Shown here piece by piece: positions 51,422 to 64,000 of a DNA stretch of 64,000 nt (its first letter is position 1; the number at the start of each line of letters is the position of its first letter). The stretch is taken from assembly GCA_965235115.1 (NCBI GenBank), contig OZ249436.1:18106001-18170000 (forward strand). Reading direction: 5' to 3'. The position numbers were made by a program, and so were the translations under genes. The DNA is from Laetmonice hystrix (Eukaryota). The notes beneath the pieces were generated by a model, which saw only the letters and a program-made list of their open reading frames with translations, ran no database searches and was not told the DNA's origin.

Positions 51422-53896
51422 ATGCTGATGAAAGAATACAGGATATGTATGCCTTTAAGCGTGGAAGAGGTGAGTCAGTGTACCCCACCCGTTTAATGAA
51501 ATAGACCTAACCTAACCTGAAACTAAAGTGAAAGTATACATGTAGGATAATGTAACACGTTATGTATTCACCTTCTACTTGGCTTAGGCCTTGGCAAGGC
51601 TTGGGCTTGGCCTTGGGCACGGGCCTCTTTCCAGCCAGGCACTGAGGCAGAAGAACCTTTCCAGACTGTCCCAAACCCCCAGTCGTACTCGAGAAGCAAG
51701 GGACTTAGGGAGTAAGCAATTATCTGTCTGCAGAATTGCCAGCCTGTGACTGCCCCCCTCCCGTCCCCCTGTATGAAACCCTGAATACCTTTGACTACCG
51801 TACTTTGACGCTTCCTTTGACATGCCATATTCCATTTATTTTAAGCTGCATCGACTCGACAAAAATCTACAACAGTACAAGTTTACATTTACAAAGTCAA
51901 AAGACCAACATTGCAACAGATTAGGCTATATTTACCACTTTCAAGAATTCTGTGGCGAATAATAAAAATTTTATGATATAAAAACAACAGTGTTCCCAAA
52001 AGTTTTGAGATACCTACATCAGACATTTTGTCTGATGTTGAGCAGCTGAACGTCACACATTTTTGGTCCACGTCATCACAATGAACATCACAATGAACCA
52101 TCAGTCACATAATTGACAATTTCTTTAACCAGTTACTAGTTACATATTTTCACTATCATGGGTCACTATCACCTGGGTGCTCCAAGGTATAAGCAAATAA
52201 CTAAGATTTTAAAAATATGCTGCCAGCTCTTATAATTTCTGAATGGCAGCCCTCTAAAAACAGCTCAGAAAAAGAAGTTTTTTTTCAGGGGGTCTTGGGG
52301 GTATAACATGGGAACCGTTGGGAATTTGGAAGAAAAATTTCAGAAATATACGTCAGATATAGATCCAAATACATGCCAAATAAGAAAAAAATTGGAGATG
52401 GTCACCCGGGAGCCACTGGTTGATTTGCCATGGAATGACCCAATTGAAATATTTTTATTCGTGCTATTTGTGCCAGGCCGTCTGCACCTAATGTTGCAAG
52501 AAAATAACTACAAAATCTTAAAATATGATTCATGACATGAAGGACACTTCCATTTTTCAGTACCGGATAGGACAGCTTTATATGATAGCCAAGCACAGTC
52601 ATGAACAAAGTGACAAGGGAGAAGGTGTAGAGGTGGTGAAGAATGAACCATGTGAGGACCCACAACATGGCAAGGGACAGTACACAGAGAAGAGGATACA
52701 CCTGTCCAGGTTCGACCCAGCCTCCTCTATCTCTCATATCATATCGTAAGGTAAAAAGTAAATGGTTTATGGAGGTTATTAGAGTTAAAGGTCAAGCTAA
52801 GAAATAAAATTTGTACCACCTTATATCCAATCTCCTGTTGGCCGGAGCACTGGAGCAGACACCACAACTCCAACCGACACACACACCAACTACCACACAT
52901 CGTAGTCCTATCATCTGTCTCCTCTAAGGCTGGGCGCACACTACAAAAATATGACTGTGCGTTATTTGACTGGCTATCTCATTGCAGTCAGATTTTACTG
53001 CAGTTGTCCTAAATGGCTGTGGCACAGTGTGCGCCGCGTACCACAAGAACCGCACCAGGGGCCAATTTTACTAAAGGTCCTTATTTAAGGACGTCGCTAA
53101 TTTAACATAGAAGTGAATGGGTTGCTAGGTCCAAAATAACGACCTATCAACCATTCACTTCTATGTTAAATTAGCGACGTCCTTAAATAAGGACCTTTAG
53201 TAAAACCGGCCCCAGAGTCTCAGTACAGGCACTGGAGTTCTAAAAAAAAACAGTGCACACTACTTGCGGCCATTCCTGCGGTAAAAAAATTGGCAGCAAA
53301 AATCAAACCAGTTTTATTCTTCCCTAGTATGACGTCACAGTCACACATCGCAGGCAGATTGGGGACAGAATTATGTAGTGGGCGCTCTGCGCACACTACA
53401 TGAAATATGGCTGCGATCAGATCGCCGCTGAAATCACAGTCATATTTTTGTACTGTGCGCCTAGCATTAGTGATAATTCCAAAGTTGGTGGCACTCGTAT
53501 TGGGCTAGGTCCACCTATCAGTTGGCAAGATAATTTCTGGACTAGACTCGCCTCTAGAGCTACCCACGCTAATGCAACTGGAGCCAGTGCCACATCTATG
53601 ATCTAAGATGCTTGCTTGTGACGGTCCTGAGATCTATGTGATATAGGTGGTGATGATGGCGGTGGTACCGTGGTGGTAGTGGTGGTGGTAAAGGTGGTCT
53701 GCTGCCGGCCCCTGAAACCTGGGGAGAGGCATGCCAGGTTGTGCAGCCCCTTTTAGAGGCATGATTAATGGGACTCATGCCTCTAAAAAAACAATGACCA
53801 ATAGGTATCCCCCGGACCCCATGCAAGAGATGTTTGTGAATTATTGTAATTATTTTGATGTATCATGATGTATTTCTATATTTAATTATGTCAAAT

Positions 53897-53940
<44 letters not shown>

Positions 53941-56900
53941 ATAGACAGACATATCTGCCCTCCACACTGCTACGCCCTGAGACATGGGCATGCCACAAAC
54001 TGGGGGGAGGGGGACCTGGCCATCAGCACACAAAGAGAGAAACTTGCATTTCCCCGGGAAACATGGGGGGCAGGGTCCATTGTTCTACTCAACCACCAAT
54101 GCTTCCTTTTTATGGAAGTGGTAGTGGCCGAGTTGGCATGGGCGTTGATACCTTATGCTCTGAGAGTGGGGAAGTTATTTTGGGGCATGGGTTCGATTCC
54201 AGAAATGTGTTATACAATTTTCTCTTTCCCCTCCATGTCAAGTCTGAGATTCACAAGTTGTTTTTCAGTTACCTCGGTTACATTGTATCATTGTATCTAA
54301 ATATCATTTCGTTTTCCTCGTTCAGTAAGCTACCTCTGTGGGTCCAGTCATTTGTGCCAAACATATTCTACATCACAGAAAAAGCCTGGAATTACTATCC
54401 CTACACGATCACAGGTGAGTGGAGATTCATCTTTTCTTCTGGCTTTATTTGATCATATTTAAAATGTTTTAACTAAGTCCAGGATCTTTTTATGCTCGGA
54501 ACCTGAAAATACACCCATAAACCAACTAACCCTTTAAAACTAAATCGACCAATGCAGGATGAGACCATCTTTACATTTCTTTGTACTGTTGCACAATGAT
54601 CAAGGATGATCGGGGGACAGATAGGAACTCGTATATGAAGTTTCATATGGTGCCATTTTCCATGACCTTCTACGCCTCAAGGAATGGCATCAAATGAAAG
54701 GACTTCCTATGCTTGTTTAACCCTTTGCAGTCTGGCCCGTACCTTAATCGTTTTCTATACAGCCTGTTGAAAGGATGGAAAATACATAAATTACATGGAT
54801 GATTTCATTTGACCTTTAAGGGTTACTCCAGGTCAATGGCAATGCTTCTAAAGGAAACCCATATACGAGTTCCTATTCATAGTTAAATAGTTTCCAAGAT
54901 GCAGCTACCTGAAATGTCAAAATTTCAGACTGTGCTTTTAACCTCTATTTCCATATACTACTCACATGCAGATGTGACAGTAACCGGCTTTTAGGTCTAG
55001 AAATGACACCCCCTCCCCCCCTCGACCAGACCAAGCGATCTGAAAGTGCTTGTAATAATTCTATCAAGAAACCCTGGCCAGCACTGTTTTAATACAAGTA
55101 CTAACTTACTGTGTAATCATGCTTCATTCCCCACTTCCCTCCTCCGCCACCGCCAATGTTACAAGGCTACTGGCATGGTACAGTTTTTCTGTTGGTGGAA
55201 ACAATCTACTTACTAGTGTTCTATCAGGGATGTGCCCACGCACCCGATTTTAACCAAGTATTTTTATTAGGCCTATCATCTGATAAATGTGTACATTAAC
55301 TTCTCATACCATCTCTTGTTCATTTATACCAAGGCGCTAACCAAACGGCCCTCACCTGCACCCCTTGCCAACTGAAAACCTTGCGCCTTCGGTGCTAGTG
55401 CAAAACTACCGCCCGCCACTCAATATTTTCTGGCCACATCCCTGGTTCTATGATGTACTAGATTTGTCTTACACGAGTCCCAGTTTACAGAAGATTTGCT
55501 ATTATAACATTACCTACTAGTATTTATGCATACAGTTTGTGCACTTATTCTCTTTCATGTCTGTTGCGATAACCAGAATACACGGTGAGTAATACGCTAC
55601 TGTCTGCCTAGCTGGAATTTGAGGTTTGAATTGAAACATTTAAGAGTTTGTCCATGCTTTACCATATGCAGAAGTTGGTAGAAACTGTATATAGGTTTGG
55701 TGAAGGTGGCTGTATGAACTTGGTGGGTGTGTTAGTTAACACAGGGCTACGGCTCAGAGTGCCTCCTTTCAGCTTGGTGGCACGGACCCAGCACTAGAGT
55801 AATTTAGGGGTTTCTTTTATATTACTGATAGTGATACTAACCCGAGCTGTGTCTTCATGGAAAAAGTCCAGAAGCTGTTTCAAGGTGGAAGACACTGGTA
55901 GTGTGGTACCGCCTTTGACATGTAGCGAATGTACCAGTAAATTACATGTAAATGTACTCAAATGTCTAATCTTGCCTCTAAAATAATATGTGTGTTACCT
56001 GTGGGAAAAGCATAAACCTATTTTAGCCCCAAACCCGAAGGCTTGCCCAGGGTGCTTCTAATTTGACATCCGTCCATATATATGTGCATACATCCAGCCA
56101 TTTCTCAGAAGTGTATTGATCAAATTGTATGAAACTTTACACAATATTCCTGGATGTTCTGAGGATGATGCACGTGAAACATATTTTTGACATTATTCAA
56201 AATGGCCACTTGGCAACCATCTTGGATGTAGGTAAGCACATTTCGAACAATAACTCGAACTAAACAATCCTGATTTTTTTTTCAAATTTGGTGCAAGGTA
56301 GATGCATAAGAGGAGAAATGTACATGTGTATTCTTAATTCAGAGCAAATATGGCAACATGGCAGCCATATTTTTTTTACTCCCAAAATAACACTGTTTTG
56401 GCTCATATCTCGAAATTGGTGCAAGATTTATAACACAATACCGTAAATTATCGTTTTAAATGAAAAATGAAAATGCGTTCAGAAGATTTATTGAGAACAG
56501 TCATCTGTATAAAATTCCTTTTACTGGCTTTTGTCTTGGCCTTTTTGTTTTATTGAGTATTGTCTCACGTGTGTGGAACTGTCTGCACTTTGTATTCCTG
56601 AGAGTTGTGGTAAAATTCCCACGCCCAAAGCATGATGTGTTACTTGCTGTCCTTGCAAGAATTGAGAAGTCAACATTATTGGGGTGGGGTGGGGTGAAAA
56701 TTGTATGTAATGATTGTGCATGTTCTTTGGTTGTAGAGAGGACATAATAACATTTCACCTTTGTTGGTTCACTGAGGTATGTTTGGAGGTTGTATACTTT
56801 CAGATCAGCTATTTTAGACAAATGAAAGCGACAAATTTTTGCTGACTCCAGGTTGCAGAAGGATATGAATGTAATCAATGATACATCGGCACATTTCAAA

Positions 56901-59900
56901 TAGCGTTCGGTACATTGACTTTTCGTACAGGATATACCTCGGGGAGAGGCCAATCGTCTGACAGCCCAATGGTCCAACAGACCAATCCCCTATGGGTTAG
57001 AGTTAAGGTTAGGTTTAGAGTTAGTTTTCTTTGGTTTTAGGCCAAACTGGGCTGTCGGACTATTGGGCTGTCAGACTAAAGGACCTAGAGCCATACCTTT
57101 AGAAGAGACCTGTCGGTATTCCTTTCTTCAGAAACAAAGGGTTCATTACATAGTGGTGTTGCTAATGCTGTATCGTGAGACTTTTATGCTCGTGGAAGCA
57201 TATTACAGCATGTAGAGTAAAAGTATGGCTTTGTATCACCCTAGAACAGCTTTCTGATCAAAGGAGGACGTAAACACTAGAACAGTAGTCATCACAATAT
57301 AGTAACTCTCTTCTTAAGGGTTTCACTTTTAAGTTGTATGCCTATAGTTTCATAGGCGGATCCAGGGGGGGGGGGATGGTCGGCGACGTCCGGACCCCCC
57401 CCCCCCCCCCCCTCAAATTTGCCAAATTTAATTTTTTATAACCAAAATGCCTTATTGTTTTTACAACGGACCCCCCCTCGCTTTGCCCTTTTTATGCTGG
57501 ACCCCCCTCGGATCCCCCCTGAATGTAGACCCTAGATCCGCCCCTGAGTTTTGAGGCAAAAGTGGCCAAAATAGTAGGCCTACTGCCTATAATGCCGGGC
57601 TGTCCAAAGGGGCACGTTTCAATAGGATCCATACAGGATGTCACTTTCTTGTAAGAGTGTCACACCTACCAAAATTGCTATGGTAATCACGAGCTCCACT
57701 CCTGCAAGTTGCAGAGCTAGGTTTCCATTGAATCTATTGTGACACAGAACAGTCTCATTCATGATCCTTGGACTACCTAAAAACTATATAGATACATATT
57801 GCACGTAATGATATTAATTAATGGTCGGAGTTTTCAGACCAGGAATTCTCGTACCTGCCCTGTCCCATCTTTCTGATCTTCGGTATGCACATATGGCCGA
57901 ATGCAAGGACATGGTTAGTCTCAAGATTAACCCAATTCGCAGATTTTCGCCTATTCCCAGTCGCCAGAATGTCACATTTTTCGCTGAGAGAGAGAGAGGA
58001 CACCCCTCCCGCACCTGCCCCCTAGTTGCACCACAAAAGTTCAGGCTTTTTTTCCTTCACCTGACCACACCCCTGAGATATTAAGTTAAGCCATTCCTGG
58101 GATTAACTTTATAAAATTTGTTGCATCTGGCCATAAGGGCTTTAGGAGTGGATGAGATACATGTATCTAGCTTTTCCGCTACTGTCTCTTTGGTAAGGTT
58201 TCCTCCACTTCGCACTCAAATGATGAAATGTGAGGTATATATTTTGTGTTCCCCATAAAAGTAAAGAATAGAACTAACATGCTTTTTTCCGGTGTGGTGG
58301 TCCCAGTATTTTACATAGTGAAAACCCTCATGAAATTGTCCTGTCGGAGAGACACAGGTTAGAAAACCTGATGTATGCATGTCGAGTATGATAATTGTAC
58401 ACCCCTATAGACCCGTAGAAAAGGGGATGAGATTGAAAAAGTTATCATTCGTTGCTTTCTGTTCCAATGTACAGGCGCTAGTGTTGATCTTCTAGTTTCA
58501 GATTTCATATTATAGTGTTTCTACACGGTATCTCTATATTTACAGTGTTCCTTCATCCCCAAGTTCTCTATTCACATAGAGACACGATATGAGGACAACA
58601 ATGGTAGCTCAGACAATGTAAGTTATCTTGGATTATGCCTGATTATTTGATTGCTCGATTACCTATCACGTGATCATGAATGATAAGTGCATTCAGGCCG
58701 ACACCCCTCAGGTAAAATCAGGTAAGTATGAGTTTTTTAACACAGCACACATGTTCACATATTTAATCAGAGGGATCATAAAGTAAAACTAAAAGTTGCT
58801 CAGTCGAGCTTAACTGATTTACTAAACATACTAAGAAGGAAAGAAAGAATGAATGAACGAACAAACAAATTAAGGAAGGAACAAATTAATGCAGTAACAA
58901 ATATAGCACTTCGTAATATTGTGCAATCTCAAATTTATTGTACTCTTCCAAATGCAGTAATAATACTTTATAGCCAAAAACCTACAGGAAAAGCTCAAAC
59001 TATCAATATAATATTGACATTGGGCCATAGCTGCAGTCCAAAGCGGAAACCGAATTCAATAGAGTTTAGCTAAGTCTGTGAGAGCCTGCAATGGAGACAA
59101 CCAATCAGAAGGCCTCGCAACATCATGTGACACGTTATGTGACTGTGTTGGTGCAGAAGTTACACCCCCTGCCACCAGGATCGCATGGCTAGAAGGTCAC
59201 GACACAACAGACTTCTCCGGTCCTGTCCTTGTGTACATGTGCCCCAGTCTGAACGAGTCCTAATGAGTCTTCAGGACTAAACACTCCTCCAGACTCACGA
59301 CAACTAGTCCGTTAAAGTCTTTCATCCATGCTTCTCGCGCGAGTAATAATGTGTGCATATATGCTGGATTCTGGTTTGATTAGTATAGCTAATTGCATTT
59401 TACACGACCCTGGGGGGGGGGGGGGGGGCAGCTCAAACAATAGCTGCCAGTGGTAAAGTCTCCTGGTGACAGCATTACATGCACCCTGAAAATCCTTGAA
59501 AGTCGTGGAATATTTTATTTTCATTTTCCAGTCCTGGAAAAACAGTAGTTGTCCTGGAATAATGTGGAATAACTGTAATGTCATGTTGTTGCTACTCCAT
59601 ACTCCTCCATCCATCTGATCTACTATAGAGTATTAATAGTACAGTAACAAATACATGTGCAGAAGAGCTCTTATGCAGAGACTTTCACAGCAGGGACCAA
59701 ACGATATCACTGGGCTAGAGCCTGATGCATACCGATGCTGCCAACCGTTGATGTTTTGGAACTGCAGGTGCTGGGCCTTGACCAGGAGCAGCTGGTGGAC
59801 CGAGAGGTGAGCTTCCTTGACATTGCTACAGACCCCGTACCCGAACACAAGTACAAGAAAGTCGAGGTGAGTGGAATTCAGCCGCCGGGTCACAGCAGCG

Positions 59901-62900
59901 GCTTTTCTTTAGTGGGGTTTGAAGGTTTTGGATAGGTGGCACTTGATTCACAGTTTAGGGGTCTGGAGTTATCATGCTATCTTTTAAACAATGATTTATT
60001 ACTTTTCGAGAAACGTTTTAAGTCTGTTATGATTCAGATACTTTTCTCTGGAATAGCTGTATTTTATACATGGGTAGGGCAGGGACTAGGTTAGGACTAC
60101 TTTAATCTCTTAGAATGAAGCAATAATAATTCTGGAATAGTTGATTTTGTGTGATGTACTGTGATTACTGTGTTTCCTATACTAGGATCCTGCCAAGTTT
60201 AAGTCCGAGAAGACTGGGCGTGGACCACTAACAGAAGGATGGCGGGTGAGTCAGCCAGACAGTCACATTCAGTTACAGTAGATACGTCAGAGATTAATAC
60301 GCAGGGTTACCACAGGTCAGGAAATAGTCAGGAATTTTTTTTCGCAAGGTCAGGGAAAAGTCAGGCAATTTAGTAAAATCTTGTAAGGTTGGCCGAGCTT
60401 TTGGGCCTTTTAGTTGGATCTGATCATGATGACAAATCCCCCCCCCAAATAATTACAATGAAAAGAGTAGTGGCAGGCAGACACTACTTTTCTCCCCTAA
60501 CTTATCCCTATATTTTTCCATTTTGACTCACCACTTCATCAAGCTAATACCCACACGATCACACACTGATTTCGGTTCTTCAAATATACATTGTACTGAG
60601 TACAATGAAAACACATACATTTGTAAGTCCAAATGTATACGGGGTATATATTTTCATCACCAGTAGGATGTGCAAAGGGTTTTGGTCCATTCCATTGAGT
60701 TACCTCTCTCGTACGCATCATGTGCTGTGCTGTGCACGACTGCATTAGCGAAGTACTGGCTGTCGACATAGAGCGTTTGTGGTCATGCATAAGTTGCATT
60801 GATGGGAGTGGCCACGTCCTCATAAAATGGTGATGTGAGGGCCACAGAAATCAATCACAAATGTACAACAATACGTGCCGCGACCCGCCACACAGGATGC
60901 GTATCCGTCGATACTGACCTGGCCTCTAATTAAATATCAAATGTGACTGTACTTTCTTATAAATATTTGAGCTATATTTTCAGCCTCTGTGTTTTCATTG
61001 CCGTAATTGCGATAATGAATGGAAAAGAGTAGAGCCCAAACTTAAGGACAATGTGAGTGCAAGTAGTCGATTGGTTTCTAGGCTCAGTCGTACACTGGCT
61101 TAGGCCTAACTGATTTAAAATCCGGCCCCAGGGAGGGATCTTGTGGGTAAGTGGTCAGTCAAAATGGGAAATGATAAGTTGCCAAAAAAGAGTAGTGTCA
61201 GCCTCTCGCTACTCCTTTCATAGCAAAGTAGGACACCGTTTTCGTCAAACCCTATGTCGGGTGTTTTCGAGTCAGAATGTCAGGAGTGGAGCAGAGTACT
61301 GACTAGGGTTTGACTTGTCTAACTTACGTAGTGTTGATTGCAATTAGATGTATGACTGAGTACAAGCTTTAATGAGGTGTGGTGATTCCAGGAGGGCGAG
61401 ACTGTGAAGCCCATCATGTGTTCGTACAAGTTGGTGAGGGTGAAGTTTGAGGTGTGGGGGATGCAGACCCGAGTCGAGTCGTATACCCACAGTGTTGTGC
61501 GCGACATCCTACTACTAGGACACAAGCAGGCATTCACCTGGATCGATGAGTGGCACGGTAGGAGACACTGGCACCCACCCATGTCATGGCACGGTAGGGG
61601 ACACTGGCACCCACCCATGTCATGGCACGGTAGGGGACACTGGCACCCACCCATGTCATGGCACGGTAGGGACACTGGTACCCACCCATGTCATGGCACG
61701 GTAGGGGACACTGGCACCCACCCATGTCATGGCACGGTAGGGGACACTGGCACCCACCCATGTCATGGCACGGTAGGGGACACTGGCACCCACCCATGTC
61801 ATGGCACGGTAGGGGACACTGGCACCCACCCATGTCATGGCACGGTAGGGGACACTGGCACCCACCCATGTCATGGCACGGTAGGGGACACTGGCACCCA
61901 CCCATGTCATGGCACGGTAGGGGACACTGGCACCCACCCATGTCATGGCACGGTAGGAGACACTGGCACCCACCCATGTCATGGCACGGTAGGGGACACT
62001 GGCACCCACCCATGTCATGGCACGGTAGGGGACACTGGCACCCGCCGATGTCATGGCACGGTAGGGGACACTGGCACCCGCCCATGTCATGGCACGGTAG
62101 GAGACACTGGCACCCACCCATGTCATGGCACGGTAGGGGACACTGGCACCCACCCATGTCATGGCATGGTAGGGGACACTGGCACCCACCCATGTCATGG
62201 CACGGTAGGGGACACTGTTACCCACCCATGTCATGGCACGGTAGGGGACACTGGCACCCACCCATGTCATGGCACGGTAGGGGACACTGGCACCCACCCA
62301 TGTCATGGCACGGTAGGGGACACTGGCACCCACCCATGTCATAGAACGCAGGCAAATTATTATGGCTGCAATATATGCGGCACAGGCAGAAAGCTATAAC
62401 ATTAACAGATTAACATTTTGCCCATTATTCTGATGGTATAAAGTGCATAATAAATTGTTAAAAACATGCCAGTGAAAGCTGGGTGTCATTCAGGGGCGGA
62501 TTTAGGGGGGGGGGCGAGGGGACCCGGCCCCCCTTTCGTCAGGGTACCAATCAGAAAAAATTTTGTTGTTCGCAACTAAAAGCAATCATTTTGCTTTCTT
62601 AGAATGCAGGAAATGCCATTTCAGAGACTCAAAATTGTCCGGGGGGCATGCCCCCAGACCCCCTTAGCAGGGCTCGGGCTTTGCCATCAGACGACCCCCC
62701 CCCCATTTCCAAAATCCTGGCTCCGCCCCTGATATTTACATTGTGTTTATGGTAAAGGCAAAAAGAAAACGTGGTAAAGGCAACCCCCCCCCCCACCCAC
62801 CCCTACCCAGAATAGAAGAAGAAAGAAAATGTTTCTTATGTTAAATGATAACATTTTCTCTCGCTTTTTCAAAGGGATTTCTATTGAGGAACAATATGGC

Positions 62901-63301
62901 AAAAGCTACAGAAGAGACTCTGTCTTATTCCTTTTAGACCACCCATCACAATTAAAGATGATTTGTATGGATCATGGGATTTGCTTACACCAAACAGGAC
63001 TCGGTATAGGATGGGAAATTTGGAAATAGAATTTGAAACTCCTTGCATAGTGACAAAGACGTTGATTCTCCAAACCAACCCATCTTAGCTCATGATCTGA
63101 CATGGCTTCTGTTTCATTCTTCCTTCCTTCCTTGCAGGAATGACATTGGAGGACATCCGGAACTACGAGACAGAAATGCATTCAGAAACCAACAAAAAGG
63201 TGGGTGTAACGGTGTACGACTCGCCCGCCTCCGCGTCGCCCTCCACGCCGACCAACACACCGACGGGTAACACGCCCGAAGACAAGGACCCGGCTGAGTG
63301 A
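51422..63301 (+). CDS. PITPNC1: Cytoplasmic phosphatidylinositol transfer protein 1 (RdgB-beta), 9 exons, ~284 aa
   Basis: Exons 51422-51469, 52561-52709, 54326-54414, 55577-55584, 58546-58617, 59768-59866, 60186-60245, 61392-61557, 63138-63301; GT-AG, phases join. Motifs MLMKEYRICMPLSVEEYRIGQLYMIAKHS, GEGVEVV, EKAWNYYPYTITEYTCSF, KTGRGPL, PIMCSYKLV, GHKQAFTWIDEW. Confidence 0.95.
52928..53466. mobile_element. Older Harbinger-like MITE containing a younger nested MITE (53059-53212)
   Basis: Outer TIR GGCTGGGCGCACACTACAAAAATATGACTGTG / CACAGTCATATTTTTGTACTGTGCGCCTAGC; inner element has ~60-bp near-perfect TIRs and a CAG TSD. Confidence 0.75.
53897..53940. repeat. (CTA)n microsatellite
   Basis: About 14 CTA units. 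Confidence 0.95.
55225..55444. mobile_element. hAT-like MITE
   Basis: CAGGGATGTG...CACATCCCTG flanked by the direct repeat GTTCTAT. Confidence 0.65.
57352..57546. mobile_element. GGCGGATCC/poly-G/C MITE (related copy at ~62490-62731)
   Basis: Termini ..GGCGGATCCAGGGGG / CTAGATCCGCCCCTG; related termini CAGGGGCGGATTTAGG / CCTGGCTCCGCCCCTG at 62490-62731. Confidence 0.6.
61551..62342 (+). repeat. 36-bp minisatellite, 22 copies, starting inside PITPNC1 exon 8
   Basis: Unit TGGCACGGTAGGGGACACTGGCACCCACCCATGTCA; includes the exon end and donor TGGCACG|GTAGG. Confidence 0.97.
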
Positions 63302-63798
63302 CCGTAGGCGGGCCCCTGTCCGCGGGCCCCTGTCCGCAGGCGGCCCGCGGACCCTTGTCTGCCGGCCGCCATCAGCCGGCATATCAGCTCCAAGTACTTA
63401 CAGCCATTCGCTTAGACCACCGTGTAGTAACCGGCAGGCGAACTGATGACGGTACAGAGTCTTTATTTTCAGATTACAGTGGCCACAGGGTTTAACCGAT
63501 TACATGACATATATTATGTTCTAGTAAAATGAGCAGTTATCAACAGGTATGAGAGTTGCTGGAAGAACGTTATTCATGTATAGAACACCCACAGACACGC
63601 ACACCCAACCACAGACACAGCACACCAGTAGTTGACAGACTCATATCATATTGTAGACCAAGTGAGATCAAAGAAAATGTGATTTTTTTGTCATAACTAA
63701 AAAGATATTTGGCCAGTACATTGTAATTGGAAGAGGCCAGTGGTGTGCTATACATGGCATGGAATAGGCCTACAATTCCTGACAAAGTAACTGTAATG

Positions 63799-63804
63799 AA
63801 TAAA
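63799..63804 (+). terminator. Candidate polyadenylation signal of PITPNC1
   Basis: AATAAA ~500 nt after the stop codon. Confidence 0.3.
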
Positions 63805-64000
63805 TGAGCATCCTGAGATGTTTATGATGCAGTGGAATATCTCAGTCAGGCACGTATCTTGCCAATGCATGTCGAGTACCGGAATGATGCTATTACAGAA
63901 TAGTTTAACTGGATAAAAAAGTGTAAGAAAGTTTGAAAAGGGCAACCTAGTTTACCATGCTTCTTTCTACTGGATCATTTATATCTAAGAGGAACTTAGA

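Noticed and set aside
54118..54202. tRNA-like sequence with A box TGGCCGAGTTGG and B box GGTTCGATTCC
   Set aside because: Acceptor and anticodon stems do not pair. At best a decayed tRNA-derived SINE head or pseudogene.
61404..62399. 331-aa ORF and overlapping 218-228-aa repeat ORFs on both strands
   Set aside because: Only 61392-61557 is a PITP exon. The rest is read-through of a stop-free 36-bp repeat.

Overview
Eukaryotic (metazoan, probably marine invertebrate bilaterian) genomic DNA; not prokaryotic. Five spliced genes can be rebuilt exon by exon with consistent reading phases: MBD2/3 (-), a type-1 paracaspase MALT1 (-), a ZFP91/ZNF653-family C2H2 zinc-finger gene (-), PSMD12/Rpn5 (-) and PITPNC1/RdgB-beta (+, head-to-head with PSMD12). 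There is also one tRNA-Lys(TTT). Introns and intergenic DNA are dense with non-autonomous DNA transposons, a decayed LINE and three long minisatellites. Most notable: (1) a 3.8-kb element with perfect 52-bp CAC-initiated TIRs and a 5-bp TSD (Transib/RAG-like signature) inserted into a hairpin element; (2) a 36-bp minisatellite that has copied a PITPNC1 splice donor 22 times; (3) a 24-copy array of hairpin units behind MBD2/3; (4) arrays of CTCF-like motifs inside interleaved inverted repeats. All family assignments come from recalled motifs, not database searches.
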